Origin: an uncultured Chloroflexia bacterium
Lineage (GTDB): Bacteria; Chloroflexota; Chloroflexia; Thermomicrobiales; UBA6265
Reading direction: 5' to 3'
Assembly (NCBI GenBank): GCA_963724295.1
Contig: CAVRUC010000002.1
Coordinates: 32,001-96,000, forward strand
Length of the DNA stretch: 64,000 nt
The position numbers were made by a program, and so were the translations under genes. Of this stretch, positions 40,481 to 51,439 are shown piece by piece; the stretch's first letter is position 1, and each line of letters begins with the position of its first letter. Below the pieces are notes generated by a model, which was given only the letters and a program-made list of their open reading frames with translations, was not told the DNA's origin and did not search any database.

Positions 40481-41360
40481 GAAGGCCCGGCAGTGGAGTA
40501 TGCCCGTTGGGCAGTGCCGTGCGCTGAGCAGCAAGCCCTCGGTGGAAAAAGTCGATCCAGCATCCAAGAGCCGTCGCGGCTCACGTCGAGCAGGCGATCG
40601 CGGTCCGCGCACTGTGTTCTTCGAAATAGGCGCTGAGATAGAGAACGGCGCGGAGATACTCCGGGCTCGAAGCAGCAAGACGATAGGCAGCGATCCAACC
40701 GGCCAGGTCCGTCCATGAAGGGGTGAATCGCTTCAAATTGGTAGTGCACAAGCGAAGCTGAACGAGGAATGGTAGGTTGCTGCGGCGATCTCCGATAAAT
40801 CAGTCTAAGTCCTCGAGGGCCGATGCATCTCTTTGACCGGAGGCGGCACGAAGCGGGCGTCTCCGGGGTGGCGCCACGGTGACCGATGAGATTGGGAATG
40901 CGACGGAATTCGCCCGGTCTCTGTTCCTGACCACGCACGCCTTCCATGAGTTGCTTGTGGACCTCGCGGATCAAACGTAGAGAGATGGGAAGCTTGTCCA
41001 AGAGGGAAAAGCCGAGCTCAAGCGCCGAGACGTAGTTCGCAACCTCGCGGACGTCAGCATGCTCAGGGTCGGTCGTTGGCGCTGACTCAAAGACGAGCAG
41101 TTGTTGTAGCCCGGCCGTCGTTCCTTCGATACGGCTGGAAAGGACTGCCTCACGGCGCAGGAACGGACTGATTAGCAAATGTGGATTGGGTAGGCGCTGG
41201 CCGACCCCTTTGAGCTCTCCAAGCGCGCGTTCCGCGTCGGCAAGTCGGTTAATTGTGTTGAGATCGAAGTCGAGTACTGGTGGAAGCGGATGGGAGCGAA
41301 GGCGAAATGACCTTCGGGAGCGACGACGAGACGCCCCGATGCATCAGTCGTGAAGTCCAT
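40480..41360 (-). pseudogene. Fic family protein, heavily frameshifted
   Basis: RREAVLSSRIEGT, EVANY, PGEFR, HYQFEAIHPFMDG; many indels. Confidence 0.85.
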
Positions 41361-41475
41361 CACGCCGCATTGATCAGTCTCCGATGTGCCAGTGTATTCG
41401 TCTAGGATCACAGCGTTGCATACCCAACGTTTGGTCATGACCTTTACCGAACAAGTGCCATTTTGTATGGTAAAG

Positions 41476-43229
41476 CTATCGCTCCAACACCCCGTGTGCA
41501 GCCTGCGCCGTGGCCGGGGCGTAGAACGGATCGGCGCCGCCGTCGAAGACGCCGTCCAGGGTGAGCCGGATCGCCGTCGGTGAGGCGAACCCATCGGTGA
41601 AGAGACGCTCGTCGCGGACGCCGAGGCGGTGCCCCATGGCGCGAAGTGCCTTGACCGTCTCTGCCGGAAAGCGCCAGCTCAGGAGCAGGTCGGCGGTCGA
41701 GCAGTCGATACGCGGCGCGATGATCGCGGGTTGCGCCGCCAGCCGCCAGTCGGTCAGGTTGATCACCAGCTGCGCATTGCAGTTCATGATGCGCCGGCCG
41801 CCGCTGGCGCCGAGGGAGGCCCAGGGGCGACCGTCGCGTGCCAGGACCACCGGGGCCATGTTCGAGAGCGGCGTCTTGCCGCCGGCCACCGAGTTCGGAC
41901 GCCCCGGCTCGGGATCGAACCACATCATGCCGTTGTTGAGCAGTACCCCGGTTCCCGGCGCGGTCACCCGGCTCCCCCACAGCGAGAGGAGAGTCTGGGT
42001 GCAGGAGACCGCCATGCCGTCGCGATCCATCACGCTGAGATGGGTCGTGGAGCCATCCGCCATCTGGCCCGGAGCCGTGGCATTGGCGATGTAATCCGGG
42101 ATCGAGGACGCGAGACCGTGCCGGATGCCGGTTCGCTCCGCGGCCGCGGCCGGGATCGGCTCCAGACGGTCTTCCCGCAGGCCTCGCACTCGCTCCCGGG
42201 CGTACGCCTCGCTGGTGAGAACGTCGACCGGGATCTCGACCTGCGTCGCGTCGGCGAGCCAGGCGAAGCGATCGGCAAAGGCTGTCCGGAACGCCTGGGC
42301 CATGCGGTGCAGGGCGAGCGGGGTGTGATAGCCAAGGTTGCGCAGGTCGAGCTCGGCCAGGATGTTGAGGCTTTCGACCAGGGTGGTGCCGCCCGTCCCG
42401 CCGCCGATCGTGTGGACCTCGGACCCCCCATACGTCGTCGACAGCGCCGGAGCGATCTGCGCCTGGTACGCCGCGAAGTCCTCACGGGTGAAGGGAGCGC
42501 CGTTCGCGGCGAGATCGTCGGCGATGGTCTGCCCGAGTGATCCCTCGTACATCACCCGCGGGCCGTCGCTGGCGATCGTGCGCAGGGTGCGCGCCAGATC
42601 CTCCTGACGCAGCCAGCGGGGGCGCTCCTGCTCCCGGGTGACGGGCGGATTGCCGTCGCCGTCGAGAAAAATGGCCGCCGTGGCCGGAAACTGCTTCAGC
42701 GTGCCGAGCTCTCCGGCGATCATCAGCGTGGTGTGCCAGAAGACGGGGACTCCGTCCTCCGCCCAGCGGATCGCCGGCGCCAGCGCCTCGGCCAGCGAGA
42801 TCGTTCCCCAGCGCTCCAGAGCGAGCGCGAGCCCCGCGACCGTCCCCGGCACCGCGACCGAGCGATAGCCCCAGACATTGGCGCTGTCGACCACCGCCGG
42901 CCAGCCGAAGAGCTCCCGATCACTTCCGGCGCCGCTGAGCGGGAACATCTCCGCTCGCGCCCCCGCCGGAGCCATCATCGGGTAGTTGACGACGGCCGGG
43001 GCCTCGTCCGGCGCCTGGACGACCATGTACCCGCCGCCGCCGATGCCGTTCATCCATGGCTCGACCACGCCGGCGGTGAAGGCGGTGGTCACCGCGGCGT
43101 CGACCGCGTTCCCCCCCGACGCAGGACGTCCGCGCCGGCCGCGGCCGCCTGGGGCGTCTTGGCGGCGACCATGCCACCGCGTCCACGCGCTTCCAGCCGG
43201 CTGACCTGCCACTCCGTCTCAACTGGCAT
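41476..43229 (-). CDS. ggt: Gamma-glutamyltransferase (frameshift in the G-run near 43115)
   Basis: GGMVAA, GGNAVDAA, VAVPGTVAG, STTHLSV, LLNNGM..F, GASGG..I, GADP. Confidence 0.93.
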
Positions 43230-43313
43230 CGCTCGTCCCTCGCCCCATATCACCCGATTGTCGCTGGCCGATCATAGACGACCCGTGGCCCGCGCCAAAT
43301 TGAGAAAAGGGTA

Positions 43314-43342
43314 TTGACAACCGGGCACGGAGGGTGTACGTT
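43314..43342 (+). promoter_or_regulatory. sigma70-type promoter not followed by a gene
   Basis: TTGACA-17 nt-TACGTT. Confidence 0.6.
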
Positions 43343-43348
43343 CACTGT

Positions 43349-43446
43349 AGGCCAAACGCGGAGGGGAGCAATCCCTGAAGCGGGCGGCGCAGCAGACGCC
43401 GACGAGGCTCGCGCGCAAGCGCGGAACTTGTCGGCGTTTTGCTTTA
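43349..43446 (+). ncRNA. Putative structured small RNA
   Basis: Two GCAA-tetraloop hairpins, the second followed by U residues; own promoter; flanking genes are both on the - strand. Confidence 0.55.
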
Positions 43447-43668
43447 TGTCGGACGGTAATGTTTCCGCAATCCCGGTCGGTACCTGAGCTTTCCGGAAGA
43501 AGTGAGGGGCCTTTGCCCGGTGTATTTCCAATAACAGTGACTATCGGAAGAACAGGCGGGAGCCGTCGACGTCGGGGGTGGGCTCTGGGCTCGCTGCCGG
43601 ATGGGCGCGCCCCGCGCCCCAGAAAATGCGGTCACCAGCGCGGCCGAGGAGGCGGACTGTGGTTCCGA

Positions 43669-46600
43669 TTAATCAAGGGCTGAATTCGCGACCAGGACAC
43701 GCACCCTCTCGGCCGTCGCGGGCCTGGCGAACCAGAATCCTTGCGCCCGATCTCCGCCGAGCTCGCGCACGATGGCCGCCTGCTCGGCCGTCTCGATGCC
43801 CTCGACCGTGACGTGCATGCCGTAGGCGTGGGCCACGTCGGTGATCGCCCGCACGATCGCCCGCTCACCCGGGTCCGAGGCTAGGCGGAGTACGAACGAG
43901 CGGTCCACCTTCAGGGCGTGGGCGTTGAGCTCCCGGAAGTAACCGAGCGAGGAAGCCCCGGACCCGAAGTCGTCGATCGCTAGCTCCAGCCCGAGCGCGC
44001 GCAGGCCCCGCAGAGTCGCCGACGTCGCCCGCAGCTCGTCGACCAGCACCTGCTCCAACACCTCCAGCTGGAGGCGATCAGGCGCCAGCCCCGTGACGGC
44101 CAAGATTCGTGCCACTTGCTCGACGAACCCGGGCCCGCGCAGCTGCCGCGCCCCGACGTTGACGCTGACCACCGGCGCGTCGCTGGTGGCGGCATCAGCC
44201 CACTGTGCCGCCTCGCGGCAGGCCTGCTCCAGGACCCACGCCCCGATGGGCACGATCAGGCCCGTTTCCTCCGCGAGCGGCACGAAGGCCGCCGGCGGGA
44301 TCTGTCCGCGCTCCGGGTGATCCCAGCGTGCCAGCGCTTCGACGGCGACCACCTGCCCAGTCGCCAGGTCCACCACGGGCTGGTACGCCAACCCCAACTC
44401 CCCGGCCTCAAGCGCGCCCCGGAGATCCAGCTCCAGCTCGAAGCGCGCGAGCGCTTCGGCCGCCATCCCCGGATCGTAGACGACGGCCAGCCCGCCTCCA
44501 GCGTCCTTGGCGCGGTAGAGCGCGACATCCGCCGCCTTCAGCAGCTCTCCCGGTGTCACGCCGTGGGCTGGTCCAAGGGCGATGCCGATGCTGGCGCCGC
44601 CGGCGACCTCGCGCCCGGCGACGCCCATCGGCTCCGCCATTGTTGCCAGGATGCGATCGGCGGTCGCTGTTGCTTCCTCCACGTCCGCCTCCTCCAGCAG
44701 CACCGTGAACTCATCGCCGCCGAATCGGGCTATCGTTTCACCCCGGTCCAAGCAGGACACAAGCCGCTGGGCAACGGCGACCAATTGCTGGTCGCCAACC
44801 TCGTGGCCGAGGCTGTCGTTGACGATCTTGAATCCGTCCAGGTCAAGGAGCAGCAGGCCAACGCTTCGCCCGTCCGAGCGAGCCCGCCGCAAGGCGGCCT
44901 CGAGCAGGTCGGCGAAGCGGGCACGGTTGGGTAGTCCGGTCAGCGGGTCGTGGAAGGCCTGATGGGCCAGCCGGGCCTCCGCCTGCCTGCGCTCAGTGAC
45001 GTCGCGCGCGTTGACGACGATTCCGCCCACGCTCGGGTCGGCCAGGAGGTTGGTGAGCGTGGCCTCGACCCAGCGCCACGAGCCGTCTCGGTGACGGGCG
45101 CGGTAGTCGACGGCCGCCTGCGCCCTCGGTGTCTCCGCCACCTCGGCGAGGACGCGCTGGACCCGCGACGCGTCATCGGGGTGGAGGAGGGCAACGAACT
45201 CCTTGCCGATCAGCTCCTCGGGCCGGAAGCCAAGCACCCGCTCGACGGCTGGACTCACGTAGCGGCGCCTGCCGCCGGCATCGAGGACGGAGACGATGTC
45301 GGCGGCGTGCTGGACGAGCGAGCGGAAGCGGGCCTCGCTTGCGCTTAGCTCCGCGTAGAGCCGCGCCCGCCCGATGGCAACGTTGACGTGCTCGCTGAGC
45401 GCCAGCATCAACCGAAGGTCGGCCTCCCCCAGCCGTACCCCGCCCGTCGTCTCCAGGTTCAGCACGCCGACCACCCGCCCGTCGTCGCGCAATGGCACGC
45501 AGACCTCGGAGATGATGCCCTTGAAAGCCGCCAGGAAGTCCGGGTCGGCGCGTCCGTCCTCGATCAGCACCGGCGTCCCGGTCCGGGCGACCCGGCCCAT
45601 GACGCCGCGCTCCAGCGGGATGCGGTCGAGCACCTGGTGGTAGCCGACCTGGTGCTGCAGGTGGAGCCAGCCGTTCTCGACGAGGTAGAGGCTGACCATC
45701 GGATAGCCGAAGGTGGCGGTGATGGCCTCAACGACGGTGCGGAACAGGACCGGCAGCTCCAGCTCCCTTGCCAAGGCTGAGCGCACCCGGTCCAACAGCT
45801 CCAACTCCTGAGCCTGGCGTCGGGCGGCGGAAGCCAACTCGTATGCCCGCTGCTCGCTCGCCCGCAGCGCCTCCGCCGCTAACCTGCGCTCGGTAACGTC
45901 GCGGGAGTTGACCACGATACCCGCGACGCTCGGGTTGGCGAGCAGGTTGGTACCAGTCACCTCAAGCCAGCGCCACGAGCCAGACTTGTCGCGGAGGCGG
46001 AACTCGGCCGGGATGTTGACGCCAGGGCGGCGCAACGATTCCTCGAACAAACCCCGGACCGCAGCTACATCATCTGGGTGGATCAGGGCGAAGGGGTCGG
46101 TGCCGATCAGATCCTCGGGGGCATACCCGAGCACCCGCCGGACGGCCGGGCTCTCGTAGCAGATCATGCCGGCGGCATCGAGGATGGTAACGACGTCGGT
46201 TGCGTTCTGAACAAGCGCGCGGAAGCGCTCCTCGCTGGTGCGCAGCGCAGCCTCGGCCGCCTCCCGATCGGTGACGTCATAGCCGAACCCAAGGAGGCAC
46301 GCCTCCCCCTCCAGGTCGATCCGCTCCATGGAGAGCAGGACGTGTCGGAGCTCTCCGGTCTTGGTGCGGAACGTACCGTCGTGGTTCCGCACTCTGCCGT
46401 GAGTCCGCACCAGCCCCGCGACGTGCATCGGGTCGTCCCCGGGTGACCCCGACCAGAGGCCGACCTCGGACGGGGTGCGGCCGACCACCTCCTCCCGCGT
46501 GTACCCCGTCATCTCCAGGAAGCTGTCGTTGACGTCGCGGAAGCGGCCGTCGACCAGGGACCTGATAATGATCGCGACCGGGCTGGCGCGGAAGATCACC

Positions 46601-46677
46601 GCGAAGCGCTCCTGGCTCCGCCGTAGCTCTTCGTCCGGCTGCTCGACTGCCCTGAGGTTGGCGACCCGCTTGAGCAT
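43669..46677 (-). CDS. PAS-PAS-GAF-PAS-GGDEF-EAL diguanylate cyclase/phosphodiesterase
   Basis: Three PAS domains, [40 protein letters not shown]. Confidence 0.96.
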   Translation of the reverse strand: MLKRVANLRAVEQPDEELRRSQERFAVIFRASPVAIIIRSLVDGRFRDVNDSFLEMTGYTREEVVGRTPSEVGLWSGSPGDDPMHVAGLVRTHGRVRNHDGTFRTKTGELRHVLLSMERIDLEGEACLLGFGYDVTDREAAEAALRTSEERFRALVQNATDVVTILDAAGMICYESPAVRRVLGYAPEDLIGTDPFALIHPDDVAAVRGLFEESLRRPGVNIPAEFRLRDKSGSWRWLEVTGTNLLANPSVAGIVVNSRDVTERRLAAEALRASEQRAYELASAARRQAQELELLDRVRSALARELELPVLFRTVVEAITATFGYPMVSLYLVENGWLHLQHQVGYHQVLDRIPLERGVMGRVARTGTPVLIEDGRADPDFLAAFKGIISEVCVPLRDDGRVVGVLNLETTGGVRLGEADLRLMLALSEHVNVAIGRARLYAELSASEARFRSLVQHAADIVSVLDAGGRRRYVSPAVERVLGFRPEELIGKEFVALLHPDDASRVQRVLAEVAETPRAQAAVDYRARHRDGSWRWVEATLTNLLADPSVGGIVVNARDVTERRQAEARLAHQAFHDPLTGLPNRARFADLLEAALRRARSDGRSVGLLLLDLDGFKIVNDSLGHEVGDQQLVAVAQRLVSCLDRGETIARFGGDEFTVLLEEADVEEATATADRILATMAEPMGVAGREVAGGASIGIALGPAHGVTPGELLKAADVALYRAKDAGGGLAVVYDPGMAAEALARFELELDLRGALEAGELGLAYQPVVDLATGQVVAVEALARWDHPERGQIPPAAFVPLAEETGLIVPIGAWVLEQACREAAQWADAATSDAPVVSVNVGARQLRGPGFVEQVARILAVTGLAPDRLQLEVLEQVLVDELRATSATLRGLRALGLELAIDDFGSGASSLGYFRELNAHALKVDRSFVLRLASDPGERAIVRAITDVAHAYGMHVTVEGIETAEQAAIVRELGGDRAQGFWFARPATAERVRVLVANSALD

Positions 46678-47222
46678 TGCTACCTCGTCCGATACCCGGC
46701 GTCTCGGGTCGAGTTACCCAGCCACGGCTCCGGTCTGGGCGGTCATCGCGGGCGGATCACGAGGCACGCACTAGGCCTCACGGCTCGTTGACCCTCCGAA
46801 CGATCCGCACAACTGGCTGCGCCGCCCCTGGGTGGTCGGGACATGTGGGGAGCAAAATGCAGGATGCGGACCCAATGCAAGTGCTGGCCCCGCGCGAAGA
46901 CTTGCCGCGCACCAACACGTGTCGTGAGGGCCCAGGACGAAGTGCGGAACGAAAAGCGTACCACCGGCATTAATGTTCTGTCTCGTCGGGTGCCAGTTGC
47001 TACTCTCGCTTCAATTAGGGAAGAGCGAAGCGCGCAAGCAAAGTCCAAGGCGTGCAAGAGCGGCGCGAGATATAGCCCCTCATTCGTTACTTGGTGGTCG
47101 ACAGCGGGTTCATACTACAACGTTGCGCGTTCTCTCATTCGCCACGGAATACGCAATCACAACAACTAGCAAATTGGTTCCTAATTGACTTCTACAACCA
47201 GAAACGGGTCACGGACCACCGG

Positions 47223-47432
47223 CTATTCTGAAGGACCGGATGTCGCGTCGGGATTGAGCGAATCAGGTATTGGTTCGACGAAGAAATTCTCGAGATCGTC
47301 CTCGTCGAGCACCTCGTCGACGTCGACTGTACCGTCGAGGGTATTCCAGGTAGAGTGCCGGTCGGGATCGCGTTCGATGGTGTCCCTGGTGTCCGTAGGA
47401 TCGGTCGCGTGCGGGCTGTTCGGGTCGGTCAT
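47223..47432 (-). CDS. Small acidic hypothetical protein (69 aa)
   Basis: AGAGGAGG RBS; D/E/T-rich. Confidence 0.55.
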   Translation of the reverse strand: MTDPNSPHATDPTDTRDTIERDPDRHSTWNTLDGTVDVDEVLDEDDLENFFVEPIPDSLNPDATSGPSE

Positions 47433-47528
47433 CGTATCCTCCTCTACCGCGACACTTGCAGAATCGATGCCGAGACGGCGGTGAGATGATGCCTTGCAGA
47501 CGTGGGTCTCATCGCGGAGGTGGCGATC

Positions 47529-47948
47529 ATGGATTCCATCGATGGCGCCCGGGCAACGCCGGAGCAGATGCAGCGCCAGCACATCTTCGTCGTCAACGGC
47601 TCGGCTGACTTCCTGGATGTGGTGCGAGAGCTACTCCAGGACGAGCAGTACAACGTCACCACGACCAACTTCGTGCCGCAAACATTCAAGCAGATCGAGA
47701 CCGCCCGGCCGTCGTTGCTGATCGTCGATCTGATCCATGGGGAGATGGCCGGCTGGGATCTCCTGGCTGAGCTGCGACACGAGGCTGCCACCCGGGAGAT
47801 TCCCGTGATCCTGGTCTCGACCTCGGAGCAGCTCCTGGAGAAGGCCGAAACCGAGCAGGTGATCTGGGGTGGCGACCGCTACTTCCTCAAGCCGTTCAGT
47901 CTCGATGCTCTGCTGCAGGCTATCCAGGAGCTTGTCGGCCCGGCCTGA
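47529..47948 (+). CDS. Single-domain response regulator receiver
   Basis: IFVVNGS, LIVDL, VST, KPF; GGAGG RBS. Confidence 0.88.
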   Translation: MDSIDGARATPEQMQRQHIFVVNGSADFLDVVRELLQDEQYNVTTTNFVPQTFKQIETARPSLLIVDLIHGEMAGWDLLAELRHEAATREIPVILVSTSEQLLEKAETEQVIWGGDRYFLKPFSLDALLQAIQELVGPA

Positions 47949-48046
47949 ATCCGCAACAAACCACAGGTTGTCCACGGCGATCAGGGTTCCAGTCCTGTTA
48001 GAGTGACGGCGCGAGCTCGCGCATGCGCAATGCTGGGAGCAGTCGG

Positions 48047-48957
48047 ATGGCGGATGGACCAGATCCTGCGCCGGAGTCGTGGCGCATCGTGGTCTTCACG
48101 AATATTCCCGGCGGAGAGATTTACTCGCTGGTGAATCAGGTCGTGCGTCCCCTCGGCCACCGCGTCGTCGGCGTCGTCACCTCACCGGGACCGAAGCGAC
48201 GGCGCAGCTCGACCTACCTGGAGGTCGTTGCGGCCGTCCCGCCCGGGGTCGACGTCATCGTCTCCAACCATCCGGAGCGGTGGGCGGCGATGCTGGCTCC
48301 GCTACGGCCTGACCTGATCATCAGCGGTGGCTTCCCCTGGCGCATCCCGCCCGATGTCGTGGCGCTGCCGCGTCTCGGTGCGATCAATTTCCATGATGCC
48401 TTGCTCCCACGGCACCGTGGGCCAAACGCGACCGGATGGGCCTTCCGCCTCGGTGACACGGAGATAGGGCTGACCATTCACCGCCTCGCTCCAGATTTTG
48501 ACAGCGGCCCGATTCTGGCCCAGGCGCGCATCCCGATTACCGACGACGACGACCTGTCCACGCTTTGGACAAAGTCGGCGGACTTCGAGGTGGGCTTACT
48601 GCAGCGGGCGTTGGAGCGCGTGGCGCGAGGCGATCCCGGGGATCCCCAGGACGAGAGCCAGGCGACTGAGGCCGGGTTGTTCGAGGACGCCTGGCGCGTC
48701 ATCGACTGGAGTCAGCCGGCACGGACCATTCACAACCAGGTGCGCAGTTGGATCGGGTTGCGAGATATCCCTGCTGGGGGCGCTCGGCGAGATCGACGGC
48801 GAGACGTTGCAGATTACGAAGACCCGCCTGGTTCCGGCTGAGCCGACGCAGCAGGCGCAAGTGCCGCCCGGCACGGTCGTGCGGCGGGACGGCGAGACGT
48901 CTGATCGTGCAATGTGGCGACGGGCCGATCGAGATTCTCACGTGGTCGCCGACATGA
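48047..48957 (+). CDS. Formyltransferase family protein (Fmt-like); frameshifts near 48775 and 48900
   Basis: PDLII, INFHDALLPRHRG, TIHR...DFDSGPIL, IDW, VQCGDG. Confidence 0.85.
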
Positions 48958-49201
48958 CGGCGGGCCAAAAGGGTCAGGCCGTCGGGCGGACATGAGCCCG
49001 GTCGAGCGTATGGAACCAGGCTGAAATCATTGCCGTCTACATACACATTTGCCGCCATGCTGGTCGAGGCTGACTTCCCGGGTATGCGCACGAGGTTGTC
49101 GGACGGCATTGCTCGTTTGACGGCGACACGGGGGGTGCGTAGGATGCCGCGCAGAGACGGCGGGTTGATCCGCCGTCCGTCGACGAGCGAGGGGGCGCCC
49201 A

Positions 49202-51220
49202 GTGACTCACGACCCAGGCCCCCGCGACCCGCATTTCGCGGCCGAGGCCCTTGCGCTGCACATTGCCGAAGCAATGATCACGTCCGACCGGGAGGCCAGC
49301 TTCAGCGAGGAGCCGTTGGCCTGCCCGTCGTGTGGGGTCGAGCTGACCGGCACCGACGCCTTCGAAACCTACCGCGTCTGCCCCGGTTGCCATCGCCACT
49401 TTCCCATCCCGGGCCGCGAGCGGCTGCGGCTGCTGGTCGATGAGGAGAGCTTCCGGGAGACCAACGCCGCCCTCGTCTCGCTCGACCCGCTCGTCTTCCG
49501 CGACCTGCTGCCGGTACCCGATCGCCTCGCGCAGGCGGCGGAACGGTTCGGCGGTCCCAGCGGTGGTGTCAACGAGGCGGTGCTCACCGGCACGGCCGCG
49601 ATCGGGGGACGTGAGGCGGTAGTCGTCGTCCTCGACCATGCCTTCCTCGGCGCCAGCATCGGACCGGTTGCGGGTGAAAAGATTCTCCTCGCCATGGAAA
49701 CCGCCGCGGCCCGCCGTCTCCCCCTCATCGCCCTCTGCACCGCCGGCGGCGCGCGCACCCAGGAGGGGTTGCTGGGGCTGATTCAGGCGCCCAAGATCGC
49801 CGCCGCGGCGGCGCGTCTCCACCGCGCCGGGGTGCCGTTCGTCAGCGTGCTGGCGCACCCGGCGACGGGAGCGGCCTGGGCGGCGCTGGCGAACCAGGCG
49901 GACATCATCCTGGCCGAGCCCGGAGCCAGGATCGGACCCGGTGGCCGGTACCCGGGCGGGGAGACCGCCGGAACGGCGGAAGAGCTGCTGGCGCGCGGCA
50001 TGCTCGACGGTATCGTCGACCGTACCTGCTTGCGTGAAACGCTGGCGGTTCTCGTGGCGCTCTTCGCCGACCGGGGTGAGTACCGGCCGGCGACACCCGG
50101 TGGCACTCCCATCTCGTCCACGTTCTCCGCTGGGGAACCGATCGCGGCGCGGCGCCGGGTTGCCGGATGGCAGGAAGCCGGGCTCGCGCGTCATGCCGAG
50201 CGGCCGCGCGCCCGCGATTACCTCGCCCGGCTCGTCACCGAGTGGATCGAGCTGCACGGCGACCGCGCCGGGGACGACGATGCCTCGATGATCGCCGGCC
50301 TGGGTCGCATCGGCGGCATCCCGGCGGCGTTCATCGCCGGCGAGCGTGGTCAACCAGCGGGCGCGGGTGCGTTCCGCAAGGCGGAGCGGGTGCTGCGTCT
50401 GGCCGGTCACCTCGAGCTGCCAGTCATCACCCTCGTCGATACACCGGGACTCGATTCCAGTCCTGGCAACGATCCCGCGCAGACGGCCGCGGCGCTGGCG
50501 GGAGTAATTGGACTCACGAGTCTGCTGCCGGTGCCGATCGTCTCGGTCGTCATCGGCGAGGCCGCCGGGACTGCCGGTATGGCCCTTGGCATCGGGGATC
50601 GCATCCTGATGCAGGAACATGCCGTCTACACCGTCGGCGGCGCGGAAGGGACCGATCGCCGCGCGGCGGAGCCGCTGGCGGCCTCGCGTACGCTGACAGC
50701 TGCCGAATGCCGGCGTCTCGGGGTCGCCGACGGGATCATCCCGGAGCCCAGCCCGGCGGCCCACGCCGATCCGGAAGCCGCCTCCCGCGCGCTGGGTGCG
50801 GCGATCGCGGCGGCGCTGGCCGATCTGGCGGGTGTCGGACCGCGGCGACTCCTGGATGATCGCGCCACCAAGCTGCGCACCCTCGGCCAGACCACGCCGG
50901 AGGGCCGGGAGGCCGCCCGGCGCGAGATTCGCGAGCTGCAGGAGCTGCAGCGCACTCTGGCTCGCTCGCTTGGCGATTTGCGCGAGCGGCTCGAGGAACA
51001 CGGGCTGCCCAGGAATCTCCATCTGCCGCACCTGCCAGCCCCCATGCGCAGCCGGGTCCACATCGACACCTCGGGGTTGCCAACCGTCGAGTGGGCGCGC
51101 GCAGAGCTGGCCGATCGCGCGGGCCGCCTCTCCGCCTGGCGGCGCCATGTCGAGCCATCGGAGGAGAAACCGGATCTGGCGCCGGTCACGCCCGGAGACC
51201 GGCGAAACGAGGGCTTGTGA
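49202..51220 (+). CDS. Fused acetyl-CoA carboxylase carboxyltransferase beta-alpha (AccD-AccA like)
   Basis: C4 zinc finger, DPL.F.D, GEKI, GGARTQEG, then LAR...RP, ELHGDR, VDTPG, IIPEP. Confidence 0.85.
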   Translation: MTHDPGPRDPHFAAEALALHIAEAMITSDREASFSEEPLACPSCGVELTGTDAFETYRVCPGCHRHFPIPGRERLRLLVDEESFRETNAALVSLDPLVFRDLLPVPDRLAQAAERFGGPSGGVNEAVLTGTAAIGGREAVVVVLDHAFLGASIGPVAGEKILLAMETAAARRLPLIALCTAGGARTQEGLLGLIQAPKIAAAAARLHRAGVPFVSVLAHPATGAAWAALANQADIILAEPGARIGPGGRYPGGETAGTAEELLARGMLDGIVDRTCLRETLAVLVALFADRGEYRPATPGGTPISSTFSAGEPIAARRRVAGWQEAGLARHAERPRARDYLARLVTEWIELHGDRAGDDDASMIAGLGRIGGIPAAFIAGERGQPAGAGAFRKAERVLRLAGHLELPVITLVDTPGLDSSPGNDPAQTAAALAGVIGLTSLLPVPIVSVVIGEAAGTAGMALGIGDRILMQEHAVYTVGGAEGTDRRAAEPLAASRTLTAAECRRLGVADGIIPEPSPAAHADPEAASRALGAAIAAALADLAGVGPRRLLDDRATKLRTLGQTTPEGREAARREIRELQELQRTLARSLGDLRERLEEHGLPRNLHLPHLPAPMRSRVHIDTSGLPTVEWARAELADRAGRLSAWRRHVEPSEEKPDLAPVTPGDRRNEGL

Positions 51221-51296
51221 TGTCGCTTCCCGGTCTGAATGGCACGTCGCTACCCTATCGAGCGGCGGTCCAGTTTGAACCGACGTTGTTCGGCAA

Positions 51297-51397
51297 CTCC
51301 ATCTGAACCCGCAGGCGAACTTGCAGAATGTCGGTTCCCACGAACCACCCCGACCCACGGCGAGATTCTTCGTGCAACCGCGGTTCCTCGGAATGAT
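51297..51397. repeat. Repeat family D (degenerate copy)
   Basis: Shares GCAGGCGAACTTGCAGAAT and CGAGATYCTTCG with the inverted copy at 55891-55983. Confidence 0.65.
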
Positions 51398-51439
51398 GCT
51401 CCCGAAGTCCTCTGGCTGAATATGTGAGAAGGAGAGCCG

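Noticed and set aside
43349..43446. c-di-GMP riboswitch next to the GGDEF-EAL gene
   Set aside because: No + strand gene lies downstream to be regulated, and the GEMM consensus is not properly matched.
48047..48957. Assigning fmt (initiator tRNA formyltransferase)
   Set aside because: It lacks the typical N-terminal GTP.FA and QPD motifs and def/priA context, so it is treated as a paralogous formyltransferase.
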